A DNA stretch of 64,000 nucleotides from Candidatus Omnitrophota bacterium (GCA_030695905.1 JAUYOL010000001.1:66023-130022), one strand, 5' to 3'; shown: positions 19,655 through 29,699, counted from the stretch's first letter. Notes: generated by a model not told the origin, from the sequence alone. Numbers and translations: made by a program.

Positions 19655-20749
19655 ATGCGCATATTAAGAGATTACATATTAAAGGAATTTTTCCACTCGT
19701 TTTTGCTCTCAATAGTAGTATTCACATTCGCCTTCCTGATAGGTAACATCATACAGATAGCGAACCTTGTAATAAATAAGGGCGTAAACCTGCTATCGGT
19801 GATGCAGCTGTTATTCTTCATGATACCGTGGCTCTTAAGTTTCACATTTCCGATGGCGTCACTTACATCGGTAATACTTACATTCGGGAGATTTTCCAGC
19901 GACGGCGAGCTTACCGCGATGAAGGCCAGCGGAATAAGCCTTTACCGCATAGCGTTTCCTATAATAATGGTGGGGGCTATGATAAGCGCCGCGACGTTTA
20001 TATTAAATGACCAGATATCGTCAAACGCGTCTTACGCGTCGAGAAAAGTCATAAAAGAGATAGGTCTAAAAAACCCGACGGCCTATCTTGAGGCCGGTAC
20101 TTTTATAAGAGGTTTTGAGAATTATGTAATATTCATATACGATGTTAAAGGGAACAAATTCAAAAATATAAGAATATACCAGCCTCAGGAGGGCAAGCCA
20201 ACCCGCACCATAGTGGCGGAGTCGGGCGAGATAAACACTTTTCCCGAAAAAAATCTGCTGGAACTGAAACTATTTAACGGCACAAGCGAAGAACCGTCGC
20301 CTACGGATCCGGAAAATTTTTACAAATTGAATTTCAGGACCTATTATATGACGATAGACCTTGCTAAGATCCTCAAGAAAGAGAAGATAGACAAAAAAAC
20401 CCGTGAAATGACGATGAAAGAACTGCGTGTCGAGATCAAAAAAGATATAGCGCAAAAGATAGACCCGATGCCTGTGCTGGTAGAAATGTACAAAAAGATA
20501 AATATGTCGATAGCGTCGTTTGTGCTTATACTTATAGGCATTCCTCTTGGCATAAGGGCGCACAGGAGTGAGAAATCCATAGGTTTCGGAATAAGCCTTC
20601 TATTATTTGCCATGTACTGGGGGGTGTTTTTGGGCGGTATAGCGATGTCGCTGCGGGGGACGTTACCGCCGTCGATAGGAGTCTCTTTACCCAATTTTGT
20701 ATTTTTTGTGGTTGGTGTGGTGGTGTTTATATTTACAGCAAGGAGGTAG
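19655..20749 (+). CDS. LptF/LptG-family LPS export permease
   Basis: YjgP/YjgQ topology (TM1-3, a periplasmic beta-jellyroll, then three C-terminal TM helices). N-terminus MRILRDYILKEF. Confidence 0.7.
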   Translation: MRILRDYILKEFFHSFLLSIVVFTFAFLIGNIIQIANLVINKGVNLLSVMQLLFFMIPWLLSFTFPMASLTSVILTFGRFSSDGELTAMKASGISLYRIAFPIIMVGAMISAATFILNDQISSNASYASRKVIKEIGLKNPTAYLEAGTFIRGFENYVIFIYDVKGNKFKNIRIYQPQEGKPTRTIVAESGEINTFPEKNLLELKLFNGTSEEPSPTDPENFYKLNFRTYYMTIDLAKILKKEKIDKKTREMTMKELRVEIKKDIAQKIDPMPVLVEMYKKINMSIASFVLILIGIPLGIRAHRSEKSIGFGISLLLFAMYWGVFLGGIAMSLRGTLPPSIGVSLPNFVFFVVGVVVFIFTARR

Positions 20750-20754
20750 TATTT

Positions 20755-20901
20755 ATGGGGCAGAAGAGCCGGTATCAGATAAAAAGTCAGCAGAGGCTTG
20801 TTAGGAAGAAAGCGCGGAAAAAACTTGCCGCTAAAGGCGCGAATCTCGCGGAATATTATTATGGAAAGTATTATTTAAAGCCGGAGTCTTCGGGGGCATA
20901 A
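20755..20901 (+). CDS. small basic hypothetical protein (48 aa)
   Basis: Strong AGGAGG ribosome-binding site 8 nt upstream. Not in the ORF track because it is under 60 aa. Confidence 0.3.
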   Translation: MGQKSRYQIKSQQRLVRKKARKKLAAKGANLAEYYYGKYYLKPESSGA

Positions 20902-20902
20902 C

Positions 20903-21853
20903 ATGGTAGATATTCACGATATAGTTATAGTGGGCGGCGGGCCCGCGGGCCTTACCGCCGGTATTTACGCTTCACGCGCCCGCATGAATACGCTTCTACT
21001 GGAAAAGATCGCCTGCGGCGGGCAGATATTGACAGCCGATGTAATAGAAAATTTTCCCGGGTTCCCCTGCGGTACGAATGGGCCGGACCTGGCGGACTTT
21101 ATGCTGAAGCAGGCCGAGCATTTTGGCCTTGTGATCTCTACGCGTGAAGTTGCCAAGATATTACCAAAAAGCAGCCAATCCGACCCTTTCCTGATAAAGA
21201 CGGTCGAAGGCGATGACATAAAGGCTCTTTCTGTAATAATATCCACCGGAGCTGACTGGAACGCTTTGGGCGTGCCGGGTGAGGATAAACTAAGGGGTAG
21301 GGGAGTTTCATACTGCGCGACATGCGATGGGCCGCTTTTTAGGAACAAAGAAGTAGTCGTTGTGGGCGGAGGAGATACCGCGCTGGGCGAGGCGATATAT
21401 CTGACGCGTTTTGCCAGTAAAGTTACCGTTATACACAGGCGCGACGCTTTAAGGGCAACGCGCATATTGCAGGAAAGAGCGTTTGCCAATAAAAAAATGG
21501 AGCTTTGCCTAAAGTCGGTTGTTACCGAAATAGTGGGGACCAGCCGTGTCGAAGGCGTAAAAGTTAAAAATACGGCGACTTCCGAAGAAAAAACCATTAG
21601 GACTGACGGTGTATTCGTGCTTATAGGCCTTTCACCAAATTCAGGCATGTTTAAGGATCTGCTGAAGCTGGACGAAAAAGGCTATATCATATCAGACGAA
21701 GATATGAAGACTTCCATAGATGGTATATTTGCGTGCGGGGATGTCAGGAGCAAGCCATTAAGGCAGGTTGTTACGGCCACGGGAGAAGGCGCAACCGCCG
21801 CGGTCAGCGCCCAGCATTACGTCGAGAAGCTAAAAGGAACCGATTATAAATAG
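20903..21853 (+). CDS. trxB: thioredoxin-disulfide reductase
   Basis: FAD-binding GGGPAG. Redox-active CATC. NADPH motif GGGDTA. Confidence 0.9.
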   Translation: MVDIHDIVIVGGGPAGLTAGIYASRARMNTLLLEKIACGGQILTADVIENFPGFPCGTNGPDLADFMLKQAEHFGLVISTREVAKILPKSSQSDPFLIKTVEGDDIKALSVIISTGADWNALGVPGEDKLRGRGVSYCATCDGPLFRNKEVVVVGGGDTALGEAIYLTRFASKVTVIHRRDALRATRILQERAFANKKMELCLKSVVTEIVGTSRVEGVKVKNTATSEEKTIRTDGVFVLIGLSPNSGMFKDLLKLDEKGYIISDEDMKTSIDGIFACGDVRSKPLRQVVTATGEGATAAVSAQHYVEKLKGTDYK

Positions 21854-21895
21854 CCTTGACGTCCGTCGTATTTCATGATAATTTATAACCCCTGT

Positions 21896-21970
21896 GCCGA
21901 GGTAGCTCAGTGGTAGAGCGCTGCGCTGAAAACGCAGGCGTGGGCAGTCCGATTCTGCCCCTCGGCACCA
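21896..21970 (+). tRNA. tRNA-Phe (anticodon GAA)
   Basis: Acceptor gccgagg/cctcggc. Loop ctGAAaa. T arm ggcag-tccgatt-ctgcc. CCA. Confidence 0.85.
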
Positions 21971-22009
21971 TTTTTTCTTCTATTAACCCGCCAACTATTT
22001 TGAAAAACT

Positions 22010-23191
22010 ATGCAAGATAAGATAATTCAGTTAAGAAAAGGTAAAAAAGGCAGGCTCAAACCCGGCCATCCCTGGATATTCAAGGGCCAAATACTTAAGC
22101 TGACCTCATCCGTGAGGCCCGGCGATATCGTCACGGTAATAAGCAGCGAAGATGACTTTATAGGCCGCGGCTATTATAACCCCGCTTCCGACATATCTAT
22201 ACGACTGCTAACATTTAACGAAGAGCCCGTAGACAGCGCCCTTATACACAGAAAAATAAAAGAAGCGGTAGAAAAGAGGGAATTTCTAAAAGAAATAACG
22301 AACGCAAAGAGGCTTGTGTTCAGTGAGGCAGACGCGATCCCCGGACTGATAGTCGATCTTTATAATGATACGCTTGTCATCCAAATCTATACGCTTGGGA
22401 TGGAAAAACTGAGAGAAGAGGCCTTGAGCGCTCTTAAGGACGTGGTAGGTCCAAAATATATATATGAGAAAAGTGATTCACCTTTCAGGAGGATAGAAAA
22501 ATTGAAATCGGTTAAATGCTGGGTGGGCACTCCGGGGCCCGCCGAAGTCGAAATCGACGAAGCCAAGGTGAAGTTTATAGTCGATATAGAAAAAGGGCAC
22601 AAGACGGGTTTTTATCTGGACCAGAGGCGGTCAAGGCTCGCTTTGCGCGCGATAGCAAAAGGTAAAAAAGTCCTGGACCTATTCTGTTATACCGGCGGGT
22701 TTTCCATAAATGCCGCTCTGGGCGGAGCAAAAAAGGTTCTCGGCATAGACGTAAAGTCCGACTGGCTTGATTTAGCCCGCAGGAACGCCGCTCTAAACAA
22801 TGTTTCCGGCGCGATCGACCTGCAGGCCAGCGACGCTTTCAACGCTATTAAAAACATCTGTAATTCCGGTGAAAAATTTGATATCATAGTAGTTGATCCT
22901 CCATCATTCTTAAGGAGCAAAAAGGATCTTATAACCGCAGCTAAAGGCTACAAGGAGATAAATACGCTTGCGTTCAAAAGCCTGGCTGACGACGGGGTCT
23001 TGTGCACGTTCTCCTGTTCGCACAATATGCCGAATAAGATGTTTTCCGATATAGTAAAAGACGCGGCGGCCTGCGGCGGGAAAAAATTCGTTATATTAAA
23101 AAGGTGCAGGCAGGACAAGGATCACCCGATATCCAGAGAAATTCCGGAAACAGAATACTTAAAAGGATATTTCTTAAAGACGGTGCAATGA
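22010..23191 (+). CDS. rlmI: 23S rRNA m5C methyltransferase, RlmI-like (PUA + class I SAM MTase)
   Basis: N-terminal GHPWIFKGQI PUA-like domain. SAM motif VLDLFCYTGGFS. Confidence 0.75.
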   Translation: MQDKIIQLRKGKKGRLKPGHPWIFKGQILKLTSSVRPGDIVTVISSEDDFIGRGYYNPASDISIRLLTFNEEPVDSALIHRKIKEAVEKREFLKEITNAKRLVFSEADAIPGLIVDLYNDTLVIQIYTLGMEKLREEALSALKDVVGPKYIYEKSDSPFRRIEKLKSVKCWVGTPGPAEVEIDEAKVKFIVDIEKGHKTGFYLDQRRSRLALRAIAKGKKVLDLFCYTGGFSINAALGGAKKVLGIDVKSDWLDLARRNAALNNVSGAIDLQASDAFNAIKNICNSGEKFDIIVVDPPSFLRSKKDLITAAKGYKEINTLAFKSLADDGVLCTFSCSHNMPNKMFSDIVKDAAACGGKKFVILKRCRQDKDHPISREIPETEYLKGYFLKTVQ

Positions 23192-24027
23192 GCGAAGTAA
23201 AAGATAAAAAACGAAATAGCGGTGTCAGTAACGCGTTCAAGCTGTCTATGGTCGTGTTGCTTTTCGCGCTTACATTCATAAGACTTGCCTGCGCGCTGTA
23301 TTTTCCATCCATAGAAATAATTTCAGATAAAATTCTCCTGGCGATAACATTATTTATAGTTGTATATTTATGGGTAAAAGAAGTAAGGGATTACCATCGC
23401 CTGCTTAGGCTGCACAAAAATTTGCAGATTACCAACGAACAATTAAAGGCTTCCGAAATCGACACCATAGCCGCGCTGATAAAAGCCGAAGAAGAAAAAG
23501 ACGGGTATACCCGCGGCCACTCCGATAGAGTGACTAAAATTTCACTGGCGATAGCCCAAGAGATGAATCTTGATAACGAGAAGAAGAGACTTATCGAACG
23601 CGCGGGCATACTGCACGATATAGGCAAGATAGGGATATGTGATTCGATACTGTGTAAAAAAGAAAAGCTGACAGACGAAGAATGGCTCGTTATAAAGAGC
23701 CATCCGGATAAGGGCGACAAGATTCTGGAGCCGTTAAAATTTCTGCCCACCGAAAGGGATATAATCTTAAGCCACCACGAACGCTATGACGGGAAAGGCT
23801 ATCCGCGCGGGCTTAAAGGCAGCCAGATACGCATAGAGGCGCTCATATTAGCGGTAGCCGACGCTTTTGACGCGATGAATTCCGCGCGTTCTTATAGACA
23901 GCCGCTTAGCAAAGAAGTTATAACGTCAGAATTGGAAAAATCGCGGGGCACACAACATTCGGCGGAAGTTGTTGACTATTTTTTAAGACTGCTTAAGAAA
24001 AGGCCGGAACTCTGGGAGAGGCAATGA
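23188..24027 (+). CDS. membrane-anchored HD-GYP phosphodiesterase
   Basis: HD motif ILHDIGKIG. HHERYDGKGYP. ATGA overlap with rlmI. Confidence 0.8.
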   Translation: MSEVKDKKRNSGVSNAFKLSMVVLLFALTFIRLACALYFPSIEIISDKILLAITLFIVVYLWVKEVRDYHRLLRLHKNLQITNEQLKASEIDTIAALIKAEEEKDGYTRGHSDRVTKISLAIAQEMNLDNEKKRLIERAGILHDIGKIGICDSILCKKEKLTDEEWLVIKSHPDKGDKILEPLKFLPTERDIILSHHERYDGKGYPRGLKGSQIRIEALILAVADAFDAMNSARSYRQPLSKEVITSELEKSRGTQHSAEVVDYFLRLLKKRPELWERQ

Positions 24028-24857
24028 AAAGAAGAATAGGTGAAATTTTAATGGCGAACGGCCTGATAACGAGGAAGATCCTTGACGAGGCGCTTGCTTA
24101 TCAACAGGCCCACGGAGGCAATATAACCCAATACCTGATAGCTCATGGCCATATAAAAGAGGAAGAACTTGCCAAGTGTATTTCAATTCAATTCGGATAT
24201 CCGTACCTGCCGCTAAGGGCCTATGAGATACCCGCGAGTATCGCGAAGATAGTACCCGTGGCTATAGTAAAAAAATACTGGCTCATACCGGTAGATAAGA
24301 TTCAAAATATTATAACGCTTGTCATGGCCGATCCGTTCGACGAGGACGCGCTAAACGAGGTTGAGAAGGCTACCGGGTGCAAGGTGCAGCCGTTTGTGGG
24401 CATACTGTCGGATATACTTAAGGCGATAGAAAAATATTACGGTATAAATGTCGGATATGAAGACCTGAAAAAAACCAGGGAAAAAGCCCCGCTTTTTATC
24501 GCCGAGGAAAAGTATGCCGGTGTCGAACGCAGAAGATCTCTAAGGTTACGCGCGAAGATAGCCGTGCATTTCCCGCTTCAGAATGAATATAAAAAATCCG
24601 AGACAAAAGATGTGAGCATGCATGGATTTTTGTTTGAGTCATCCAACGCGCTTCCGATAGGATCTGTGCTGGTAATGGATGTAGAGCTTCCAAAGGATAT
24701 AAATCCTTATCCGATACCCGCTATTGTAAAGGTGGCCAGAACCATAGAATTGCCAAACAAAGGTTTTGATGTAGGCGTCGAGATAATCAGGATAGCCAAG
24801 GAAGATCTGGAAAAGATTATGAACTACGCTTTGTCGCAGCAAACCGCGCAAAGATAG
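24024..24857 (+). CDS. MshEN (T2SSE_N)-PilZ two-domain c-di-GMP receptor
   Basis: N-terminal RIGEILMANGLITRKILDEALAYQQ matches the MshEN c-di-GMP binding motif. C-terminal PilZ motifs RRRSLRLR and DVSMHG. Confidence 0.7.
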   Translation: MKRRIGEILMANGLITRKILDEALAYQQAHGGNITQYLIAHGHIKEEELAKCISIQFGYPYLPLRAYEIPASIAKIVPVAIVKKYWLIPVDKIQNIITLVMADPFDEDALNEVEKATGCKVQPFVGILSDILKAIEKYYGINVGYEDLKKTREKAPLFIAEEKYAGVERRRSLRLRAKIAVHFPLQNEYKKSETKDVSMHGFLFESSNALPIGSVLVMDVELPKDINPYPIPAIVKVARTIELPNKGFDVGVEIIRIAKEDLEKIMNYALSQQTAQR

Positions 24858-24869
24858 TTTATTCAATAG

Positions 24870-25328
24870 ATGTTTTATAAATTATACCAAAAAATCAGGT
24901 TATTTTTACTATACCTATCCGGCCACAAAAGACAAGTTGCGGCGGCTGTGATAGAAAAAAATTCTAAGATACTCATTGCCAAAAGAAGAAGCGGTGACAC
25001 TCTCGGCGGGAAATGGGAATTCCCCGGAGGAAAGATAGAGCCGGGCGAGACACCGGAAGAATGCCTGACAAGAGAGCTAAAAGAAGAGTTTGATGTAGAG
25101 ACAGAGGTGGAAGGCTTTTTGTTATCCACGACATTCAGATATTTTCTGATTCCCATAGAATTGCTGGCATACAAAGTTAAGCATATATCAGGCGAGTTTA
25201 AAGCGAATGAACACGACGAGATAATGTGGGTATCCCCAAACGAATTCGATAGTTATGATCTTGTCAACGCGGATAAGCCCATAGCCAAAGTAATATTAGA
25301 AGCCAAAAATACGGGATATAAAACATAA
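24870..25328 (+). CDS. NUDIX hydrolase (MutT-like)
   Basis: Nudix box GGKWEFPGGKIEPGETPEECLTRELKEE. Confidence 0.8.
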   Translation: MFYKLYQKIRLFLLYLSGHKRQVAAAVIEKNSKILIAKRRSGDTLGGKWEFPGGKIEPGETPEECLTRELKEEFDVETEVEGFLLSTTFRYFLIPIELLAYKVKHISGEFKANEHDEIMWVSPNEFDSYDLVNADKPIAKVILEAKNTGYKT

Positions 25329-25336
25329 AAATAGGA

Positions 25337-25543
25337 GTGAAGAATATGTGGTACTTTATTATAATCATATCGGTGCTTTATGTGGGTTTCTTTATTTGGG
25401 CTACCATAGATTACAGGAAGAAAGAAAAAGTCCAGGAAAAAGATACGGATAAGTCTGTCTGCCGTTCCGAAAACTCTCTGGATGAGTATGGCAAGAAGAT
25501 GAATACCTCGGAAACCCCCGAATGCCCGGAGCCGGAAGAATGA
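25337..25543 (+). CDS. small membrane protein
   Basis: Single TM helix followed by an acidic tail. Confidence 0.3.
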   Translation: MKNMWYFIIIISVLYVGFFIWATIDYRKKEKVQEKDTDKSVCRSENSLDEYGKKMNTSETPECPEPEE

Positions 25544-25971
25544 CGAAGATCAGGCATTTAGCGCATAAAAAAGGTTTTACCCTTGTAGAAGTGCTGATAG
25601 CGGCTCTTATAATGGGAATAGGCCTTATTAGTGTTGGGGCCGCTATCTATGAACAATTCTCTTTTGTTGGCCAAATAAGGGAGAGGGTCATCGCGGACAT
25701 GGCCGCCCAGGAAGAGATCGAATATATTAGAGGGCTGCCGTTCAATACCATTATAAATTCTAATACAGCTTTCCCTAATCCTTCAAGCTTCAGTTCATTA
25801 TTAAACAATAACAATCCAAGCGTTGCCGTAGCGGTAGACAATTACCTAAGTGATCCTTCAAATAATATTCGCAGGGTTTCCGTTACTGTAAGCTGGGATT
25901 CCTTTATGGGCAGTAGATTACAAACAAACCTCGTTACTTTAGTAACGCGTAACGGTATTGACAGACAATGA
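25540..25971 (+). CDS. prepilin-type N-terminal cleavage/methylation domain pseudopilin
   Basis: KKGFTLVEVLIAALIMGIG class III signal. Confidence 0.7.
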   Translation: MTKIRHLAHKKGFTLVEVLIAALIMGIGLISVGAAIYEQFSFVGQIRERVIADMAAQEEIEYIRGLPFNTIINSNTAFPNPSSFSSLLNNNNPSVAVAVDNYLSDPSNNIRRVSVTVSWDSFMGSRLQTNLVTLVTRNGIDRQ

Positions 25972-26618
25972 TGTATATGGACCGGAAGAATAAAGGTTTC
26001 ACGATAGCCGAGATGCAGATAGCGTTGTTCGTGGCTACTATCATACTGATAGCCGCAATCTCTCTTTATATATTTTATTGGCGAGGATTTGTTACGGGCA
26101 ATACCGTTTTGGATATCTATTCTAATTCAAGGATGGCGATGGGGTGGATAGCAAAAGATGTCAGATCGGCCGCGGAGATATTGCCGCAATCCACAATTGT
26201 GTCGGGGCGCACAACTTCCGATAGCTGTATTGTTCTACAGGTACCGTCTATTGCCAATACCGGCGGCAGCGCCAGTGTTATACCGTCACAATTTGATGAA
26301 ATTGTTTATATAGTGCAAGACGGCAACCTGCAGCGTATCGTAACTCCGTACACAGCAGGGCTTACACCAAGCGTCAGGCCGCCTGAAAACCGCGCCGTAG
26401 CTCGTTATTGTAATTTGGTAACCTTTTACAAAGTAGATACCTCCACCGGTACATGGACGCCTTTATCAGGCTTTTTGGGCAGCGGCGGGAATTTATCCAC
26501 CATTAACAATATGGGCGTATCTTTGCCAATAAATGAGACTACCCTCTCTTTAAGCGGTGTAGAGACACAAAACTATTCGATAACCCCGACCATGGTATTA
26601 AGATTGCGGAATAAATAG
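25968..26618 (+). CDS. pilin-like minor pseudopilin
   Basis: KGFTIAEMQIALFV prepilin signal. Confidence 0.65.
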   Translation: MMYMDRKNKGFTIAEMQIALFVATIILIAAISLYIFYWRGFVTGNTVLDIYSNSRMAMGWIAKDVRSAAEILPQSTIVSGRTTSDSCIVLQVPSIANTGGSASVIPSQFDEIVYIVQDGNLQRIVTPYTAGLTPSVRPPENRAVARYCNLVTFYKVDTSTGTWTPLSGFLGSGGNLSTINNMGVSLPINETTLSLSGVETQNYSITPTMVLRLRNK

Positions 26619-26640
26619 GCGAGAAAGAGGTATAAAGTTT

Positions 26641-27867
26641 ATGCGTAGTAAAAAAAATAAAGGCGTTGTGCTGATTACGACCATTTTGATCGCGTCTATC
26701 CTAATAATAATCGCTATACCGTATATATCAAGAGTCGCTTCGGAATATAGGCTGATGTCAAAAATGTATAAATCAACTCTTGCTCTTAATTTAGCCGAAG
26801 CGGGTATAGAGCGGGCCATCTGGGAAATATGTTATAACAATAGCGATTTTTCGGGATGGGTGTATTCAAACGAGGCCAATATTCAAACATGGGCTATTTC
26901 AAACGCAGCGTTTAAAAACACAGCCGGCAAAACAGTCGGTTATTATGATCTTGCAGTTTCGCTTCCCGTAGGGACAACAACGCGGACAATTGTGTCCACA
27001 GCTTATGTGCCGGGTAAAAGTTCTCCGGACGCGACAAAAAAGATCACGGTCAATTATGCCGGGGGCCAGTATCATTTTACGAACGCGATTGCAGCCGCCG
27101 GTTCTAATCCAAGTATTACGGTAAGCGGCAATGTAATAGTGGATAGTTATGATTCTTCGGTCGGGCCTTATGGCAACCCGAATCAGACTAACACCAGGCA
27201 GGGTAATATACAAACCAACGGCCCCATAAACCTGACCGGTAACGCATATATATACGGTAATGCGAACCCCGGGCCAAGCTATCCATTCTCGGGCAATCCT
27301 CCGGTGTCCGGTTCTTATGCAACTTTGTCAGCTCCTATCAGTGTTAATCCCATACCTGCCGCGACTGTTAACGCCGCGCGAACGACTAATAATAACAGCA
27401 ATATTACCGTTACAAGCGATGGAAACACAACGGCCTATGCCGGCGGGGATGTTCTTAGCGTAAGCAGTAACGATATTTTGACACTCGCGGGCGGCACATA
27501 CTATTTTACTTCGATGAGTGTGTCCGGTAACGCCCAGATCAGCGTCAGCGGATCATCTATAATATACGTGGATGGCGGCAACGTATCAGTATCCGGCAAC
27601 GGGATTGTTAACAGTGGCACGCCGTTAAATCTGGCATTATATTCTACAGGCAATAATGTTACACTGTCCGGCAATTCGGCATATATCGGGACGGTATATG
27701 CGCCCGATGCTACTGTGCGGGTAAGCGGTAATGACAACTTTTATGGAGCTATTGTTTGCGGCAGCAGCGTTGATACAGGTAACGCGTCCATTCATTTTGA
27801 TTTAGCGCTGATAAACGCGCCTCAAGTCGTCGATAATGATAGAATTATTTCCTGGCTCGAAGAGTAG
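26641..27867 (+). CDS. PilX-like minor pilin with repetitive (VSGN) beta-rich C-terminus
   Basis: N-terminal hydrophobic prepilin-like helix. Repeated SGN/VSG motifs. Confidence 0.5.
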   Translation: MRSKKNKGVVLITTILIASILIIIAIPYISRVASEYRLMSKMYKSTLALNLAEAGIERAIWEICYNNSDFSGWVYSNEANIQTWAISNAAFKNTAGKTVGYYDLAVSLPVGTTTRTIVSTAYVPGKSSPDATKKITVNYAGGQYHFTNAIAAAGSNPSITVSGNVIVDSYDSSVGPYGNPNQTNTRQGNIQTNGPINLTGNAYIYGNANPGPSYPFSGNPPVSGSYATLSAPISVNPIPAATVNAARTTNNNSNITVTSDGNTTAYAGGDVLSVSSNDILTLAGGTYYFTSMSVSGNAQISVSGSSIIYVDGGNVSVSGNGIVNSGTPLNLALYSTGNNVTLSGNSAYIGTVYAPDATVRVSGNDNFYGAIVCGSSVDTGNASIHFDLALINAPQVVDNDRIISWLEE

Positions 27868-27875
27868 ACGCCCTA

Positions 27876-27940
27876 TCCTATAAGCACCAAACCTCTCCCG
27901 GCGTTCTTACCACTCGATATAAGCAACTATCTCCGCTAAA
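27876..27940 (+). pseudogene. remnant 3' end of an excisionase-like gene (copy 1 of direct repeat)
   Basis: ~85% identical to 31349-31415. Translates in frame to YPISTKPLPAFLPLDISNYLR*, against YPISIKPLPVFSPLDISSHVR* in the intact gene 31182..31415. Confidence 0.5.
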
Positions 27941-28024
27941 AATCGTTGTAAGTTTATACTACAATCGTCGTAATGGTTTTACCTCTTAATGCGAGGTGAT
28001 CCCTAATCAATTCATGGAAATGTC

Positions 28025-28078
28025 CAGTGATAGGAAATGTCCACTAAACAGAGGACATTTAGATGCAGTGGACATTTA
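28025..28078. promoter_or_regulatory. nested palindromic operator-like sites (AAATGTCCA / TGGACATTT)
   Basis: aaatgtccag ... aaatgtccac-taaacag-aggacattt ... tggacattt. Related to the TGTTCAC-taaacag-GTGAACA motif at 31444. Confidence 0.45.
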
Positions 28079-28169
28079 ATACAACCTATCTGATCTATAC
28101 CATCGGACAGTTGTTCTATTTCATAGAACAGGCAGCATTTCCCTCTTTAAGAAAAACCTTGACATCAAT

Positions 28170-28215
28170 GTTCACTAATGGTATATTGTTCAGTAATTAG
28201 TGAACATTAAAAAGG
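28170..28215. promoter_or_regulatory. inverted repeats TGTTCAC...GTGAACA immediately upstream of abiEi-like gene (autorepressor operator candidate)
   Basis: tgttcactaat...attagtgaacatt followed by ggagtgaacatt, then the ATG. Confidence 0.45.
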
Positions 28216-28216
28216 A

Positions 28217-28912
28217 GTGAACATTATGAATGGCCATACAAATGGAACGAATATTTTTGCTGATAAGGCGACTTTCATTCTAAGGAAGATGCTGTCTAAT
28301 CCCGAAAAGAAGTGGGTTACGCGCGACTTTATGGGTGATGACGGGGTAAGCCTTGGAATGGCGCAGGGAGTGCTTGAAACGATGGCGAAGAAGGGCTACA
28401 TCGAGCGGGTCAAGCGCGGTCCCGATAGCTATGCGCTTCTTACGAATAAAAACGAACTCATTAGCGATTGGGTATCGGAGTATCGGTTTGACCTAAACGA
28501 AGTCGATGTTTATTATTCCCCTGATAAGAATATTCTATTGAAGCTTAAGGATTATCTGAAAGATAAACAATACGCGCTCACTCTTCATTCGGGCGCTAAC
28601 CTGATAACATCTTTTGTGGTTACAGATCAAATCGATCTGTATTTTAAGCCGGAAAACTGGAAGAAAGAGATCCTTGAGTTGCGACAACAGCTTGACTTAA
28701 AGGAGCTTGTAAGAGGCGGTAATGTCCGCATTATTTGCCCCGCGTACAAAAATAGCGTATTTTATGGGGCCCGGACAATAAAGGGATGCAAAGTTGTTTC
28801 CGGTCTACAGCTTTACCTTGATCTCTACAATTTTAAACCTCGTGGCCGCGAGCACGCGGAATATCTGAAAAAAGCATTGGAAGAGAAGGGGAAGAGCTTG
28901 TATGAATCTTGA
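28217..28912 (+). CDS. AbiEi-like wHTH antitoxin/transcriptional regulator
   Basis: N-terminal winged-helix. Overlaps the downstream nucleotidyltransferase gene by 11 nt. Upstream palindromes. Confidence 0.45.
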   Translation: MNIMNGHTNGTNIFADKATFILRKMLSNPEKKWVTRDFMGDDGVSLGMAQGVLETMAKKGYIERVKRGPDSYALLTNKNELISDWVSEYRFDLNEVDVYYSPDKNILLKLKDYLKDKQYALTLHSGANLITSFVVTDQIDLYFKPENWKKEILELRQQLDLKELVRGGNVRIICPAYKNSVFYGARTIKGCKVVSGLQLYLDLYNFKPRGREHAEYLKKALEEKGKSLYES

Positions 28913-29699
28913 GAAAATCGAAGCCGTATTTTTTAGTGTGCTTGAAGATATCAGCGGTTATCTTCCGGATCTCACGCTTGTCGGAGGATGGATGCCGTAC
29001 ATCTATTCAAATTTTCTTTGGAAAACATCCGTAAAAAATCCAGTAACCACGGTTGATATTGATTTTGGCGTGGATCAATCCGTTACCGGAGATTATTCAA
29101 AGACAATTTTTGAAACGCTTTCCCCTTTGGATTACAAAGAGCGTCATTTTAAGATGGATAGGCCGTTTCCTGTAGTGCTCTATAAAGAAAAGGTTCCGGT
29201 AGAGTTTATTACTTATCCTACCGTCGATATTAAAGCGATCGAGAAGATGGTGGGTCAGCAAATACAGATAAACAAGATCGATAAATTTGATTTTCTATTA
29301 AAACACCGGATCTCGATAAACGTTCAGGGTAAGCAAAAGAACAAAAGCTATCTTATCAATTGCCCAAGCCCATCGGCTTTTTTGTATCACAAGGGAGCGA
29401 CTTTTATTTATAGGGAGAACGAAGAGAAGCGGGCTAAGGATTTGTACTACATGTACTTCATCTTGCGGTACGCGCCTGACATCGATGCTATTTTGAAGGA
29501 AGTATCCCAGTACAGAGAAAAAGGGCATTTAATGGATGTGCCGGATAATATAAATAAGTTCTTCGAAAGAGTTTCAAGTCAAGGGTGCCTTTTGATAGAA
29601 GAGGAAAACGGCCCCGATGAATACATTCATGATGTTCGGCAGGACATATTTGATAGATTTAATGGGCTGAAGGAAGCATTAAAAGGGATCGGCAAGTGA
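28902..29699 (+). CDS. AbiEii-like nucleotidyltransferase (DUF1814-type toxin)
   Basis: Pol-beta NTase motif GGW ... TVDIDF (GSx9-13DxD). Confidence 0.5.
   Translation: MNLEKIEAVFFSVLEDISGYLPDLTLVGGWMPYIYSNFLWKTSVKNPVTTVDIDFGVDQSVTGDYSKTIFETLSPLDYKERHFKMDRPFPVVLYKEKVPVEFITYPTVDIKAIEKMVGQQIQINKIDKFDFLLKHRISINVQGKQKNKSYLINCPSPSAFLYHKGATFIYRENEEKRAKDLYYMYFILRYAPDIDAILKEVSQYREKGHLMDVPDNINKFFERVSSQGCLLIEEENGPDEYIHDVRQDIFDRFNGLKEALKGIGK

Noticed and set aside
27876-27940. Treating 27876-27940 / 31349-31415 as att sites of the island
   Set aside because: The island is already delimited by the tRNA-derived 38-nt repeat. These copies lie outside and inside the tRNA-delimited island rather than at its ends, and they encode a conserved peptide tail, so they are better explained as a gene remnant.
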